A stretch of 64,000 nucleotides of DNA from Polyangia bacterium (GTDB lineage Bacteria > Myxococcota_A > Polyangia > Palsa-1104 > JAEUJZ01). The position numbers and the translations under genes were made by a program. Positions 31,575-47,150 of the stretch are shown piece by piece. The stretch's first letter is position 1; every line of letters begins with the position of its first letter. The stretch covers positions 788,735 through 852,734 of the forward strand of contig JAXLYE010000005.1 in NCBI GenBank assembly GCA_046351595.1. Direction: 5' to 3'. The notes below the pieces were generated by a model that saw only the letters and a program-made list of their open reading frames with translations, did no database searches and was not told where the DNA came from.

Positions 31575-32000
31575 TCACGTCGCGCGGACCGGGCCGGCGG
31601 AGCGGGCCATACCCTGGCGCTCCCGAAGCCAGGCCAGCGCCTCGTCCGTGCCGGCGAAGAACTCGATCTGGAAGTCACGGCCCGTGACCCGCTTCGCCGC
31701 ATCGAGCGTCAGCCGGAACAGCGTGCGTGTGATCATTCCGGTTCCTACCACCGCAGTAGGAATCGTGCGATGTTTGCTCTGGGAGCGGTCTACGAAGACG
31801 CGCCGGGTCGCGGCCGGAGCCGTCAGCCCGCCCTCGGTATTGAAGAGCAGCACCAGCCCGGGGCTGCTCGCGCGCAGCGTGTCGAGGAGGTCCATCAGGC
31901 CCCGGGCGTCCTGCGGCGTGAACTCGCCGCCCGTGTGCAGGTGGATCTGCTCATCGATGATTCGGTAGCGGTGCTTGCCGAGCGCGGTCCAGAGCTCCAT
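31575..32000 (-). CDS. Small STAS/SpoIIAA-like fold protein (function unknown) upstream of the kinase.
   Basis: A GGAGGGA RBS is present. It is 141 aa starting MELWTALGKH. The alpha/beta pattern resembles an anti-sigma-antagonist fold. Low confidence on family. Confidence 0.45.
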   Translation of the reverse strand: MELWTALGKHRYRIIDEQIHLHTGGEFTPQDARGLMDLLDTLRASSPGLVLLFNTEGGLTAPAATRRVFVDRSQSKHRTIPTAVVGTGMITRTLFRLTLDAAKRVTGRDFQIEFFAGTDEALAWLRERQGMARSAGPVRAT

Positions 32001-32285
32001 GACTCTATCGTCCCTCCGGGCCGGCGTTGGCGCGGGCGCCAGCGTCGGCGGGAGCGCGGCGCAGCCCGGGCGCGAGCCACATCCGCCGCGACAGCCTCCG
32101 CCCCTTGATTCCGCTCTGCATTCGTTCCAGTATGCGTCCGCAGCAGCGCGAAAGGGAGCGCGGATCCGGCTTCTGCAGGATATCAATGGGGATCTCGGGG
32201 AGACAGAACAAGCGTTGCTCTGCGCACAAACGTCCAACTAACATGAGACGTCGCTGCCCCCCGCAGCCGCGCCCCCAGGACTCAG

Positions 32286-32789
32286 ATGGCGTCCAACTTC
32301 AACCGGGTCGATCACCTCCTCCGCAGCGCGCAGGCCGACGAGCCGGATGAACCTCGCGAGGAGACGCTGCCGCTGGTGCTGGTCGTCGACGACGATCCGG
32401 CGGTGCGGCGCGCGCTGCAGGTGCTGCTGACGCCGAAGTATCGCGTGCGCCTGTGCAGCACCGCGATCGAGGGTGTGGCCGCGGTGTCCGAGAGCGAGGT
32501 CGCGGTGGTGGTGCTCGACGTCAAGATGCGCGGGCACGACGGCTTCTGGGCCTGCGACGAGATCCGCAAGAAGAACCCGCTGATCCCGATCATCTTCTTC
32601 TCCGCGTTCCAGGACGCGAAGAACCCCTACGACATCATCAACGATCACAGACCGTTCGCATACATCATGAAGGACGGCGAGCCGTCGCGGCTCCTGTCTG
32701 CGATCGGCAACGCGGTCTCACACTACCTGATGGTCCAGGTGAGCCGGCGGCTGAGCGCGCGCTTCGGCAAGCAGACACCAGGTAGGTAG
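32286..32789 (+). CDS. Single-domain response regulator (CheY-like receiver).
   Basis: LVLVVDDDPAVRRAL...VVLDVKMRGHDGF...PIIFFSA is the receiver-domain signature with its acidic pocket and conserved K. Confidence 0.8.
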   Translation: MASNFNRVDHLLRSAQADEPDEPREETLPLVLVVDDDPAVRRALQVLLTPKYRVRLCSTAIEGVAAVSESEVAVVVLDVKMRGHDGFWACDEIRKKNPLIPIIFFSAFQDAKNPYDIINDHRPFAYIMKDGEPSRLLSAIGNAVSHYLMVQVSRRLSARFGKQTPGR

Positions 32790-32797
32790 GAATACCG

Positions 32798-33190
32798 ATG
32801 GTACGGATCGCGAGCTACACCCTCGTGGATCGGATCCACGATGGGGCTGAGACCTGCATCTACCGCGCTGTCCGCGATGCGGATCGCCTGCCCGTCATCC
32901 TGAAGACCCCGAACGTCCCGTATCCCAGCCGGCGTCAGCTCGCGCGCCTGCAGCACGAGTACGCGATGCTGAAGAAGGCGGGCGGCCGGGGCGCGGTCCT
33001 GCCCATCGAGCTGATCCAGACCGCGGACGTCGTGGCGCTGGTCACCGAGGACTGGGGCGGCCAGACGCTGCACAGCCTGATCGCAGCCGGCGCCCTGGGC
33101 TGGCGCGAGGCCGCAACCCTGGGCCTGCACATCGCCGACGCGCTGGCCGCGCTGCATGACCAGGGCATCCTGCACAAGGATCTCAAGCCG
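32798..33190 (+). pseudogene. N-terminal kinase-like domain of a large multidomain sensor. It is interrupted after ...ILHKDLKPQ.
   Basis: Y.L...I......IYRAVRDADRLPVILK...HKDLKPQ is the N-terminal pseudokinase/kinase module of kinase-AAA-GAF-HisKA proteins. The ORF then degenerates into Arg-rich sequence. The continuation is found at about 40759. Confidence 0.65.
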
Positions 33191-33278
33191 CAGGCGGTCG
33201 CCGCTCGCTGTCTCCGTCGGGGCAGCGGGCGGGGGGCGGTAGGGCGGAGCGGCTGCGGACGGTTTGTGCGGGGCGCCG

Positions 33279-34706
33279 CTAGGCGTCGTAGGTGCGCTTC
33301 CAGATCTCGCCGTGGGCGCCCATGAAGGTGACGGTGAGCTCGCGGCGGATCGGATCGGCGCGGAACATCGTGTAGTTCTTCTCGCCGATGACCTGATCGA
33401 ACTGGCCGGTTGGGAGCGACGGTGAGCGCGCGTCCGTGCCGCCCGGTCCCATCAGCACCTCGTGCATCTTGCGGCGCGGGCCCGACGGACCTACGCCGCC
33501 GATGCTGCCGAAGTGCAGGTCGCCCGAGAGCCACCACACGCCCTTGAGGTCGCGCGCCTCGATGAAGTCGAGGATCTCCTCACGCTGCGCGGGGTAGCCC
33601 TCCCACTTGTCCGCCTCGCCCGCGGCCGAGATCGGGAAGTTCGAGATCGGGACCGAGGTGACCACGAACTTGAAGACCGCGGTCGAGCGCGCGAGGCGGT
33701 CCTTCAGCCACGCCATCTGCGCCGGCGAGATGAACTGCGCGCGCGCCGTCTCGCGCGTCGAGGGCTTGCGCTCCGAGCGCGCGTCCAGCACCAGCACCTC
33801 GAGCGTCTTGCCCCACACCAGGCTGCGCCAGATGCGGTCCGGCGCGGCGGTGTTGCGGCGCAGCGCGCGGTGCTCGAAGAACGCGCGGCGCGCGGCGTCG
33901 AGGCGGGCGGCGGAGATCGTCTCGGGGTTCCAGTTGTTGAGGATCTCGTGATCGTCCCAGGTCAGCACCATGCCCGTCGAGCCGTGCAGCGCGCTCATGC
34001 CGGCCGCGCCCCAGGCGTAGCCGTACTTGACGCGGTACTGCGCGAGCGTGGTCGCGTCGGTCCCGGAGTCGGTGTAGACGTGGTCGCCGCAGTGGATGAA
34101 AAAGTCGAGGTTGCGGCGCGCGGCGTCGGAGAGGACGGGGTAGGGCGCGCTCACCTGGTGCGTGCACGAGGTGCCGCCGAAGGTGACGATCTCGCGCGCG
34201 GTGGGCTCGAGCGCGGCGCGCACGCGACCGAACGGGCTGCGCGCCACGACCTTGCCGCTGCCGTCGGTGACATAGAAGGCATAGCGGTAGCGCTTGCCGC
34301 CCTCGAGGCCGGCGAGGTCGACGTGCATGAAGCCGGCGTCGCCCTGCTCGGCCGTGGTCAGCGCGCGCGAGGCCACGGCCATGCCGCCGCCGCCCTCGGC
34401 CTCGAGCTGCACGCCGAGGGTGCCGCTGCCGCTGTACTTCGTCCACAGCATGGCGCGTGCATCCGTCGCGTCACCGGCCATCACGCCGTAGGGAAAGTCC
34501 GCGGCGCGGACCGGGACCGAGTCCAGGTCGAGGCCGGGGACTGCGGCGGCGCGCTGCAGGTCGACCTCGGGCCTGGGATCGAGCCCCGGCGCGGGAGGCG
34601 TGTCGCCTCCGGGCTCGACATCCGGGCTGCTGAGGGGGTCGCTGCAGGCGCTGGCGGCCAGCGCGGCCGAGATTTGCAGGAAGCTTCGTCGGGTCGTCTT
34701 CGCCAT
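33279..34706 (-). CDS. PhoD-like alkaline phosphatase / phosphodiesterase (Tat-secreted).
   Basis: A twin-arginine signal (RRSFLQISAALAASAC) is present. Calcineurin-like/PhoD motifs are present: FIHCGDHVY, TWDDHE and WLSGDLHF. Confidence 0.8.
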   Translation of the reverse strand: MAKTTRRSFLQISAALAASACSDPLSSPDVEPGGDTPPAPGLDPRPEVDLQRAAAVPGLDLDSVPVRAADFPYGVMAGDATDARAMLWTKYSGSGTLGVQLEAEGGGGMAVASRALTTAEQGDAGFMHVDLAGLEGGKRYRYAFYVTDGSGKVVARSPFGRVRAALEPTAREIVTFGGTSCTHQVSAPYPVLSDAARRNLDFFIHCGDHVYTDSGTDATTLAQYRVKYGYAWGAAGMSALHGSTGMVLTWDDHEILNNWNPETISAARLDAARRAFFEHRALRRNTAAPDRIWRSLVWGKTLEVLVLDARSERKPSTRETARAQFISPAQMAWLKDRLARSTAVFKFVVTSVPISNFPISAAGEADKWEGYPAQREEILDFIEARDLKGVWWLSGDLHFGSIGGVGPSGPRRKMHEVLMGPGGTDARSPSLPTGQFDQVIGEKNYTMFRADPIRRELTVTFMGAHGEIWKRTYDA

Positions 34707-34962
34707 GGGAGCCGCACCATATCACCCGGCTGTGCCCACAGAGCAATCTCGGAGTCCGCGAGCGCGCTCCCGCGGCCGGACGGACTGCGGAGGGAGACGG
34801 TGATACACGGCTCGGCCGTGAATTTTAGGAGCAGCAAGCATACCGACAGGCGGGCTGCCGTGTCTTCGCTTGCCGCACGACGAATACGGTCCGTACGAGG
34901 TGCAGGTCCAGCCGGACTGCTGGACCGGGCAGAGACAGCGTTCGGAATCCCTCCGCGCGATC

Positions 34963-37900
34963 TCAACCCGCGACAGACTCGGATGCGGAATGCGTGTGTA
35001 CGCGCAGGAGCCGGGCGGCGTGCCCCTCGGCTCGCGCCCGTGCCGCTGCGTCGGGAGCGTCTGCGCGGATGCGGGACAGCTGCTGCGCCGCTTCGTGCCG
35101 CAGCGCCTGCGCCCGCGCCGCATCGCCGGCCGCTTCGAAGGCTTCCGCCGCGGCCAGCCACAGCGGGACCGCGAGCGCCCCGGCGCCGTCCTGCTCACCG
35201 AGTACCCGCAGCGCCGCGGTCGCCGTCGCCACCGCCGCGTCGAGCGCGCCCTGCCGCCGCAGCGCGGTGAGCAGCGGGATCTGTGTCTCGAGCCAGTGCA
35301 GCGGCCAGCCGGCGTGCTCGGTCGCGGCGCTGCGCGCCTCGTGCTCCGCGCGCTCCAGATCGGCCGCGGCCAGAGCGAGCCACGCCCTGGCGCACCGCGC
35401 GATCCCGCGCTGCATCGCCGTGGATCGCCCGGATGTGAGCACGCGCTCGCACAGCTCCGCGGCCTGCCGCGCGAGCTCGGTGCCTGCCTGCAGGCCCGCC
35501 TGCTGCGACAGCCCGAGCGCGCCGCTCGCCGCCACCTCGCACGCCGGCAGCTCCTCGGTCAGCGCCTCGGCCAGCGCCAGCGCGTCGCGCAGCACCGGTG
35601 CGGCCGACGCGCCCTCGCCGAGCGCGCACAGACTCGCGGCCTCAAGGGCGCGCGCCAGCACCAGGCTGCGCAGCTCCGAGGCCTCCTCGAACGCCGCTGC
35701 TGCGCGCCGCGCCGCATCGAGCGCGACCCACGGCTGCGGCGCGAAAAAGAGGATCAAGCGGGCGCGCGCGTACAGCGCCCAGCCGCGCGCCCGCAGCGCG
35801 CTCATGGCGAGCGGACCGGCGCCCGTCGTCTCGCGGCTCCGCTCGATGCAGCCGGTCAGGTGCGCCAGCAGCCGCTGCGCCGGGGGCCGCTGCCCGCAGC
35901 CGGCCAGCGCGATCGCCAGCGTGGCGCAGCTCTCGGCGTGCGCGCCCAGGGCGAGCGGGTCCGGCACCGCAGCCTCGATGCGCGCGGCGAGCTGCAGCAG
36001 CGGCTGCGGCTCGTGCGCCGCCGTGGCCAGCACGCACAGCGCGCGCGACGCCGCCAGGGTGCCGCCCGAAAGCAGCGCCACCGCCTCGGTCGCGAGCTCG
36101 GCGGCCTGCTCGAGCTCACCGCGCCGCAGGCGGATCCAGGCGGCGAGCGCGCGCAGCCCGCCCAGCACCTCGCCGCCGGCGCCGCAGCCGATCCCGAGCT
36201 GGCACAGGGCCAGCGCCGCGTCGGCATCGTAGCCCTCGAGCAGGCGCTCGGCGGCGTGCAGGTACAGGGCCGCTGCGCGCTCGGACTCGCCGCCGCGCTG
36301 GTAGTGCCCGGCGATCAGGGCGGTGTCGCTCTCGCGCTGCGACTCCAAGAAGCGCGCGGCGGTGCGGTGCAGGCGCGCGCGCTCCGCATCGGTGAGCAGC
36401 TCGTAGGCGGCGTCTCGCAGCGGCGCGTAGCGGAAGCGCAGCTCGGGGTCGTCGGCGCAGCGGCTCTCGGGGACCGGCACCAGCACCTCGGCATCGACGA
36501 GCGCCTGCAGCGCCTGCGTCACCGCCGCGGGCTCGACGTCGGGCAGCAGCGCCCGCACGCACGCCGGGCACAGCGTCCCCCCGAGCACGCTCGCCGCGCG
36601 CAGCACCCGGCGCTGCAGGCGATCGAGCCGCGCCATGCGCGCCTGGCCGATCGCCAGCACGGTCTCGGGCAGCTCCTCGCCCCGGCCGGCGGCGGCGGCG
36701 CGGATCAGCTCCTCGATCAGCAGCGGGCTGCCCGCGGACTGCTCGACGATGCGCAGCACGGTCGGGGAGCTCGCGGGCAGCGCCAGGGTGGCGGCGACCA
36801 GGCGCTCGGTGGCGCGGCGGCTCAGCCCGCGCAGGCGGATCTCCTGCACCGCGCGCTGCCGCCACAGCCCCGGAAAGCGCTCGAGCAGCTCGGGGCGGGC
36901 GGTGACCAGCACGAACAGCGGCGAGTCCGCGAGCGCCCCGAGCAGGTGCTCGATCAGGCGCACCGTGGCCCCGTCGAGCCACTGCCCATCGTCGATAAGC
37001 AGCAGCACCGGCTGGCTCTGGCACTCGGCGCGCAGGAGCCGGGCCAGCGCGGACGCGACCTGCGCCTGCCCGCGCCGCGGATCTTCGTGTGCGTCGCTCG
37101 GGCTGCTCGCGGGCGGGCTGGCGGTGGCGACGCCGCACAGCTCCGCGAGCAGCGCGAGCGTCGCCTCGGCCTGCTGCGGCGGCAGGCATCGGCCCAGGCG
37201 CGAGAGCAGCGCGCTGCGGCGCTGCGGCAGCGGCTCCGCCGGCGAAACCCCGCACAGCGCGTGCAGCGCCTGGACCAGCGGGGCCAGCGGCGGACCCCCG
37301 AGCTCGTCGCAGCGAGCGCTCAGGCAAAGGAGCGGCTTGGGCTCGCCGCGGAGCTTGCGCAGAAGCTCGCTCCGCAGCCGCGACTTGCCGATGCCCGGCT
37401 CGCCGATGACCAGCGCCGCCCGCGCCGCCGGCTCGCTCAGGCACTCCTCGAGCAGCGCCTCGAGCAGCGTCAGCTCGCGCTCGCGCCCGAAGAACGGCGT
37501 CGGGCGGCCGAGCAGCGGCCGGCCCTCGTCCGGGCGGGTCGACAGGCCGAGCAGCACCGAGCCGCCGGCCCCGTCCTCGGCCAGCTGGAACCGGGCATCC
37601 AGCAGGCCCGCGGTCACTTCGTCGAGCCGCACCCGCGGGGGCGCTCCGGCGGCGAGCGACCCGGCGGCGAGCGGCCCGGCCGGGACCGCGCGGCTGCCTG
37701 CCGGCTCGGTGCGCGGCTCGCGCGTGCATACGGCTTGCTGCGGCAGCAGCGCGAGGGCGCGCTCGATCGCGCTGCCGACCCGCAGCGCCGGGCCGAGCAC
37801 GCCGCGACCGGTGGCCACCGCGACGTCCGCGCTCGGCAAGAGCTCCTGCAGGCGCAGCGCGCAGCGGGCCGCCTGCGCGACCTGATCCGTAGCGCTCTCG

Positions 37901-38560
37901 TTCGGCACAAGGACCGCGACCAGCGTCCCGTCGAGCAGCTGCTCGACCGTGGCCCCGAGTGACGCCAGACCTAGTGACTCTGGATCGGGCACGAGCTCCG
38001 AGGTCGCCACCGCGCCGGCCGGTGGTGTCTCCTGCGCCGAAAGGGGCCCGGGCGCCGCGGCCGGATCGCGCGCCACCACCACGCTGACGAGCGCCAGCTC
38101 CTGCTCGGTCGGCGCCGCCGCCTGCCGCGCCGGCAGCGCGCCGCCCGCGTCCGCAAGGTGCTCGAGATCCGGCAGCGCATCGAGGCAGTACACGAGCGCT
38201 GCGCCGTCGGCCGGTCGCAGCCGCGGGTCCTTCTCGAGCAGCCGGCTGAGCAGCCCCGCCAGCTCGCGCGGGACGTCGGGCCGCAGCGCGCGCACGAACG
38301 GCGCCGGATCGAACAGCAGCTTCGCCAGCAGCGCCGTGACGTGGTCGGCCGTGAACGGCGGGCGCCCGGTCAGGCACTCGAACAGCACGGAGCCCAGCGA
38401 GAACACATCGGCGGCCGGCGTGAGGTCGGTGAGGTAGCGCGCCTGCTCGGGAGCCATGTAGTCGGGCGTGCCGATGAGGGCGTTGGTCGCGGTCAGCGGG
38501 TCCACCAGCGAGGCCGCGCGGGCGACGCCGAAGTCCAGCACCACCACCTGGTCGAGCTGG
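34963..38560 (-). pseudogene. 3' portion of a Ser/Thr kinase - AAA ATPase - TPR gene. It begins inside the catalytic loop (..PSNLFLRNGQ..VVLDFG).
   Basis: The minus-strand ORF begins at a TAG immediately before PSNLFL. DFG, APE and subdomain XI follow, then Walker A (IGEPGIGKSRL) and extensive TPR/helical repeats. The matching 5' part is at 39480..39976. Confidence 0.7.
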
Positions 38561-39479
38561 CCGTTGCGCAGGAACAGGTTGCTCGGCTAACTGTCCGCCC
38601 CGAGGGAGCCGGGGCGGCAAACCGTCCGCAGCCCGTCGGTGGCGCGGAGCGGACGGTTTGCGCCGCGCGGCGGTTCCCGGTGACCTGAGCCTGCCCCGCC
38701 GAGACGTGCGCGCGGCGGGCGGCCGTGCGCCCCGCGCCGCGGTGGTGTACCGTCCGCGCTGTGACGATGAGCACGGCGCTGCGCAAGTACACGGTCGAGA
38801 GGCGCGAGGAGCCCAGCGGGGCGCGGCACTATGTCACGCCGCTGGGGACGCTGCCGAGCGTGACGACCATCCTCAAGGGCTCTACGAGCTGGGGCTTCTA
38901 TCAGCGGACCTCGGTGCACGCAGCGCAGGCCCGGCGCCGCGGTCATGACTTCCATGAGGACATGGCGGCGTTCCTCGAGCAGGGGCGTCCCAGCAGCTCG
39001 GCGCATTTTCCGTCGGTGCTCTCGTTCCTGCGGCGCCTCGGCAGCGTGCGGCTCGTCGAGGGCCACGTCTGGCACCGCGACGGGTTCGCCGGAGCCGTGG
39101 ACTGCGTCGCCGAAGTGGATGGGGTGCTGAGCGTGATCGACTGGAAGACCAGCACCGAGCCCCGCTCCCCCGGAGCGTTCGACGCGGCGCAGATGCAGGT
39201 CGCCGCCTACCGCGCCGCCGTCCAGTCCTTGTACGGCATCGACATCCCGCGCGGGTTCGTCGTCGTCGCGCTCCCCAGGGGCGACGCGCAGGTGCTACCG
39301 ACCGAGAACCTCGACGGCGAGTACGAGGGCTTCCTGGCTCGACTGGCGAGATTCCGCGCGCGGCCGGTGCGCTCCCGAGCGTGGGTCGGGCGATAGGCAG
39401 CAGCGGCCTGGGCGCGCACGGTCCGTGACTCCCGCGGCGGCCGGTCCCGCACCCTGCACGCAGCCGTTCCGCACAGCGA
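38561..39479. mobile_element. Roughly 0.9-kb cassette inserted into the kinase catalytic-loop codons (HRDIKPS|NLFL). It carries a single RecB-family nuclease gene and is flanked by 7-bp repeats AGCCGAG.
   Basis: The N-terminal kinase half ends ...IIHRDIKPS at about 39480 and the C-terminal half starts PSNLFL at about 38560. aagccgagt and tagccgagc are the two junction sequences. Confidence 0.4.
38767..39396 (+). CDS. RecB-family PD-(D/E)XK nuclease (Cas4/YqaJ-like fold, no Cys cluster).
   Basis: Motifs GHDFHED, VDCVAEVDG (motif II Asp), VIDWKTS ((D/E)xK) and QMQVAAY (QhxxY) are present. About 210 aa. It is on the opposite strand to the kinase it interrupts. Confidence 0.65.
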   Translation: MSTALRKYTVERREEPSGARHYVTPLGTLPSVTTILKGSTSWGFYQRTSVHAAQARRRGHDFHEDMAAFLEQGRPSSSAHFPSVLSFLRRLGSVRLVEGHVWHRDGFAGAVDCVAEVDGVLSVIDWKTSTEPRSPGAFDAAQMQVAAYRAAVQSLYGIDIPRGFVVVALPRGDAQVLPTENLDGEYEGFLARLARFRARPVRSRAWVGR

Positions 39480-39976
39480 CGCCACCGACGAGCGGATCGC
39501 GCCTCGACCGTACTCGGCTTGATGTCGCGGTGGATGATGCCGGCGCGGTGGGCGGGGGCCAGGGCGGCGGCGGCGGCACGCACGAGGCGCACGCTCTCGG
39601 CGAGGCTCAGCGGGCGCGCGGCCAGGCGGTGGCTGAGATCCTCGCCGGTGAGCCACTCCATCACCAGGTACGGGCGGCCGGCGCCCGGTCCGGCGTCGCT
39701 GAGGTCGCCGATCCCGTGGGCCACGTAGGCCACGATGCCGGGGTGCTGCAGCGTCGCCAGGACCTCGGCCTCACGGCGGAACCGCTCGGCCGCGGCCCGG
39801 TCGCCCCGGTCCCCCCGTTCGGCGAGTTCGCCGTGCAGGATCTTGACCGCGACCTTCTGGCCGGTGCGCCGATCGTGCGCCGCGTAGACGCTGCCCATGC
39901 CGCCGCGCCCCGCCTCGTGCAGGAGCACGAAGCGACCGCCGATGAGGGCCTCGGTGCGCAGGGAGGTTCTCGACAC
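39480..39976 (-). pseudogene. 5' portion (N-lobe through HRDIKPS) of the kinase-AAA-TPR gene.
   Basis: LGRGGMGSVYAAHDRRTGQKVAVK, AERFRREAEVLATLQHPGIV, YLVMEWLTGEDL and HRAGIIHRDIKPS are present. The frame then runs into unrelated sequence. A GTG at about 39976 is the likely start. Confidence 0.6.
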
Positions 39977-40084
39977 GACTCCGACCTGTCCGCACCCTGG
40001 CAGGCGGCCTGGGGGAGGGCCCGGTGTGCGGTCGATCTCATTAGAGCACGCCTGTCCGCCAGGGCGCGAGCACCGAGAGCCGAT

Positions 40085-40176
40085 GCCCTGCCGATGCGCC
40101 GCCGATGTGCCGCCGATGTGCCGCCGATGTGCCGCCGATGCGCTGCCGATAGGCTGCCGATGCGCCGGCGATGCGC
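40085..40176. repeat. 12-bp tandem repeat (GCCGATGYGCCG), about 7.5 units, in the divergent region between the kinase 5' fragment and the small membrane protein gene.
   Basis: ccgatgcgccgccgatgtgccgccgatgtgccgccgatgtgccgccgatgcgctgccgataggctgccgatgcgccggcgatgcgcc is read directly. Confidence 0.7.
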
Positions 40177-40284
40177 CCGCGCTGTCGCGGCAAGGCTCCC
40201 GGAAGACGACGGCTCCGGCTCGCCGTTGGCACCGCGGTCGGTGGCTGCCTTGACGGCGGCGGCGAGCGGCGCGCACCATGGCGC

Positions 40285-40671
40285 ATGTCCGGTCCCTTCC
40301 CGCTCCGTCGCGCGCTGGGTGCCGTGGCCCTGCTGGTGCTGCTGTGGCCCGGGCCGGCGGCGGCGAGCCCGGTCGCGATCGGGCCGCTCGGCGGCGTGTT
40401 CCTGCTGTGCGTGCTCGCCTTCCCGGTCTGGCTCATCAGCCTGGCCGCGACGCTGGTGAGCGCGGTGAAGGGCCGGGTGAACCTCGTCGCCCGGATCCTC
40501 GCCGTGCTGGATCTCTGCGCGGTGCTGGTGCTGCTCGTGGCCGCGCTCGCGGATCCGCCCAAGACCTCCGATGATCTCGTCGTGGCCTGCCTGATCGGCG
40601 GCCTGCCGCTCGCGGTCGCGGCCTGGACCCTGTGGATCTGGACCCACCCGCGCGCCAGACCGCGGCCGTAG
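40285..40671 (+). CDS. Small polytopic membrane protein (about 128 aa, 4 TM).
   Basis: Hydrophobic segments LGAVALLVLLW, GGVFLLCVLAFPVWLISLAATLV, ILAVLDLCAVLVLLVAALA and LVVACLIGGLPLAVAAWTLWIW. No family is recognised. Confidence 0.4.
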   Translation: MSGPFPLRRALGAVALLVLLWPGPAAASPVAIGPLGGVFLLCVLAFPVWLISLAATLVSAVKGRVNLVARILAVLDLCAVLVLLVAALADPPKTSDDLVVACLIGGLPLAVAAWTLWIWTHPRARPRP

Positions 40672-40758
40672 ACCTTGCGGCCCGTCGGAGCGGGCGCGCG
40701 CCGCGAAACCTTCCGCGGGCCGCTCCCGAGTCAGCGCGGACAGGCTGGCGCGAGCCCG

Positions 40759-45778
<5,020 letters not shown>

Positions 45779-45839
45779 GACAACCCGACGGCCAGCCGAG
45801 CGTCGACCCGATCGGGTCCTACTCTTCTTCGCTCTCGTC

Positions 45840-46322
45840 CTACGCCTCGGGCCACGTCTCCGGCCACTCGGTCTGCGGCGCGCGCTCGGTCCACGCGCCC
45901 AGCTCGTCGAGCTCGAGCACGCAGGCGCCGCAGTCGTCGTAGGGCGCCTGGCCTTCCAAAAACAGCACGACGCGGTGCTCGCCGATCTCGTCGAGCGGCA
46001 GGTCTTTGTAGGACCAGGCGCCGCGCAGATCGGTCCAGGCCGTGAGCGCGTCCTCCTGCAGCCAGGCCGCGAGCGCGGACCTTGCCACGGGCTCGTCGGT
46101 CCCCATGGTGAGCATGAACTCACCGACGCGGCGTAGCGCCTGCGCGAGCGAGCCGCTGGCGCCGGCGAACCGCCACTCGCCGATGCGCGCCTCGATCGGG
46201 ATCATCACGAAGGTCAGGAACGCGCCCGGTATCGCGGCGCGCTGGTCCGGATCGGACACGATCTCGAGCGCGTGCTCGCGGCTGAGCGGCAGGGGAGCGG
46301 GGTACTGAGACATCGGGATCAT
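45840..46322 (-). CDS. Hypothetical protein (about 160 aa).
   Basis: A GAGGA RBS lies before ATG 46322 (MIPMSQYP...). Acidic and Trp-rich. No family match. Confidence 0.45.
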   Translation of the reverse strand: MIPMSQYPAPLPLSREHALEIVSDPDQRAAIPGAFLTFVMIPIEARIGEWRFAGASGSLAQALRRVGEFMLTMGTDEPVARSALAAWLQEDALTAWTDLRGAWSYKDLPLDEIGEHRVVLFLEGQAPYDDCGACVLELDELGAWTERAPQTEWPETWPEA

Positions 46323-46463
46323 GGAGGTCCTCGCGACCGGCGGCTGCGTGCAGGCTATCAGACCCGGGCTGCGGTCGGCGCGCCCTTGCACCGCATCCTG
46401 CGATTCACGGAGCCGACGCGCCGAGCCTGGCGCATACTGGGCCCAGACTCAAGCGAGCAGCCG

Positions 46464-47150
46464 ATGAGCAAAAGCACGCGCGTCTTCCTCGTCCGTCACG
46501 GAGCCACCGAGCTCTCTGCCGAAGATCGTTTTGCCGGAGCGACCGATGTCCTCTTGTCCGAGGCCGGCGAGCAGCAGGCCGCGGCCCTGGCGCGCCGCCT
46601 GGCCTCCGTCGAGCTGGCCGCGATCTACGCCAGCCCGCTGCGCCGCACCATGCGCACCGCGGAGCTGCTCGCGGCGCCGCACAAGCTCTCGGTCAGCCCC
46701 GAGCCGACCCTGGTCGAGATCAACCACGGCCGCTGGGAGCAGCACACGCGCGCCGAGGTCGAGGCGACCTTTCCCGACGAATACGCCGCGTGGGAGCAGG
46801 ACCCCTTCACCTTCGCACCGCTCGGCGGCGAGACCGGCCTGTCGGTGCTGGCGCGGGCGCTGCCGACGCTGCGGGCGATCGTGCAGCGGCACACCGGGCG
46901 CTCGGTGCTCATCGTCTCGCACAAGGCGACGCTGCGGCTGCTCATCGGCAGCCTCCTCGGCTTTGACCTGCGCGGCTACCGCGACCGCCTGGACCAGAGC
47001 CCGTGCTGCCTGAACCTGGTCGACTTCCGCGACGCCACGCACGCGCGCCTGATGCTCTACAACGACGTGTCGCACTACGCCGATCACCCGGCCACGACCC
47101 AGTCCTCGCTGTCCCGCTGGTGGGACGCGCCCCGGCGGCGCTCGCAGTAG
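46464..47150 (+). CDS. Histidine phosphatase family protein (phosphoglycerate-mutase-like).
   Basis: VFLVRHGATE carries the RHG catalytic motif. SHKATLRLLIGSLLG carries the second His. Confidence 0.8.
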   Translation: MSKSTRVFLVRHGATELSAEDRFAGATDVLLSEAGEQQAAALARRLASVELAAIYASPLRRTMRTAELLAAPHKLSVSPEPTLVEINHGRWEQHTRAEVEATFPDEYAAWEQDPFTFAPLGGETGLSVLARALPTLRAIVQRHTGRSVLIVSHKATLRLLIGSLLGFDLRGYRDRLDQSPCCLNLVDFRDATHARLMLYNDVSHYADHPATTQSSLSRWWDAPRRRSQ

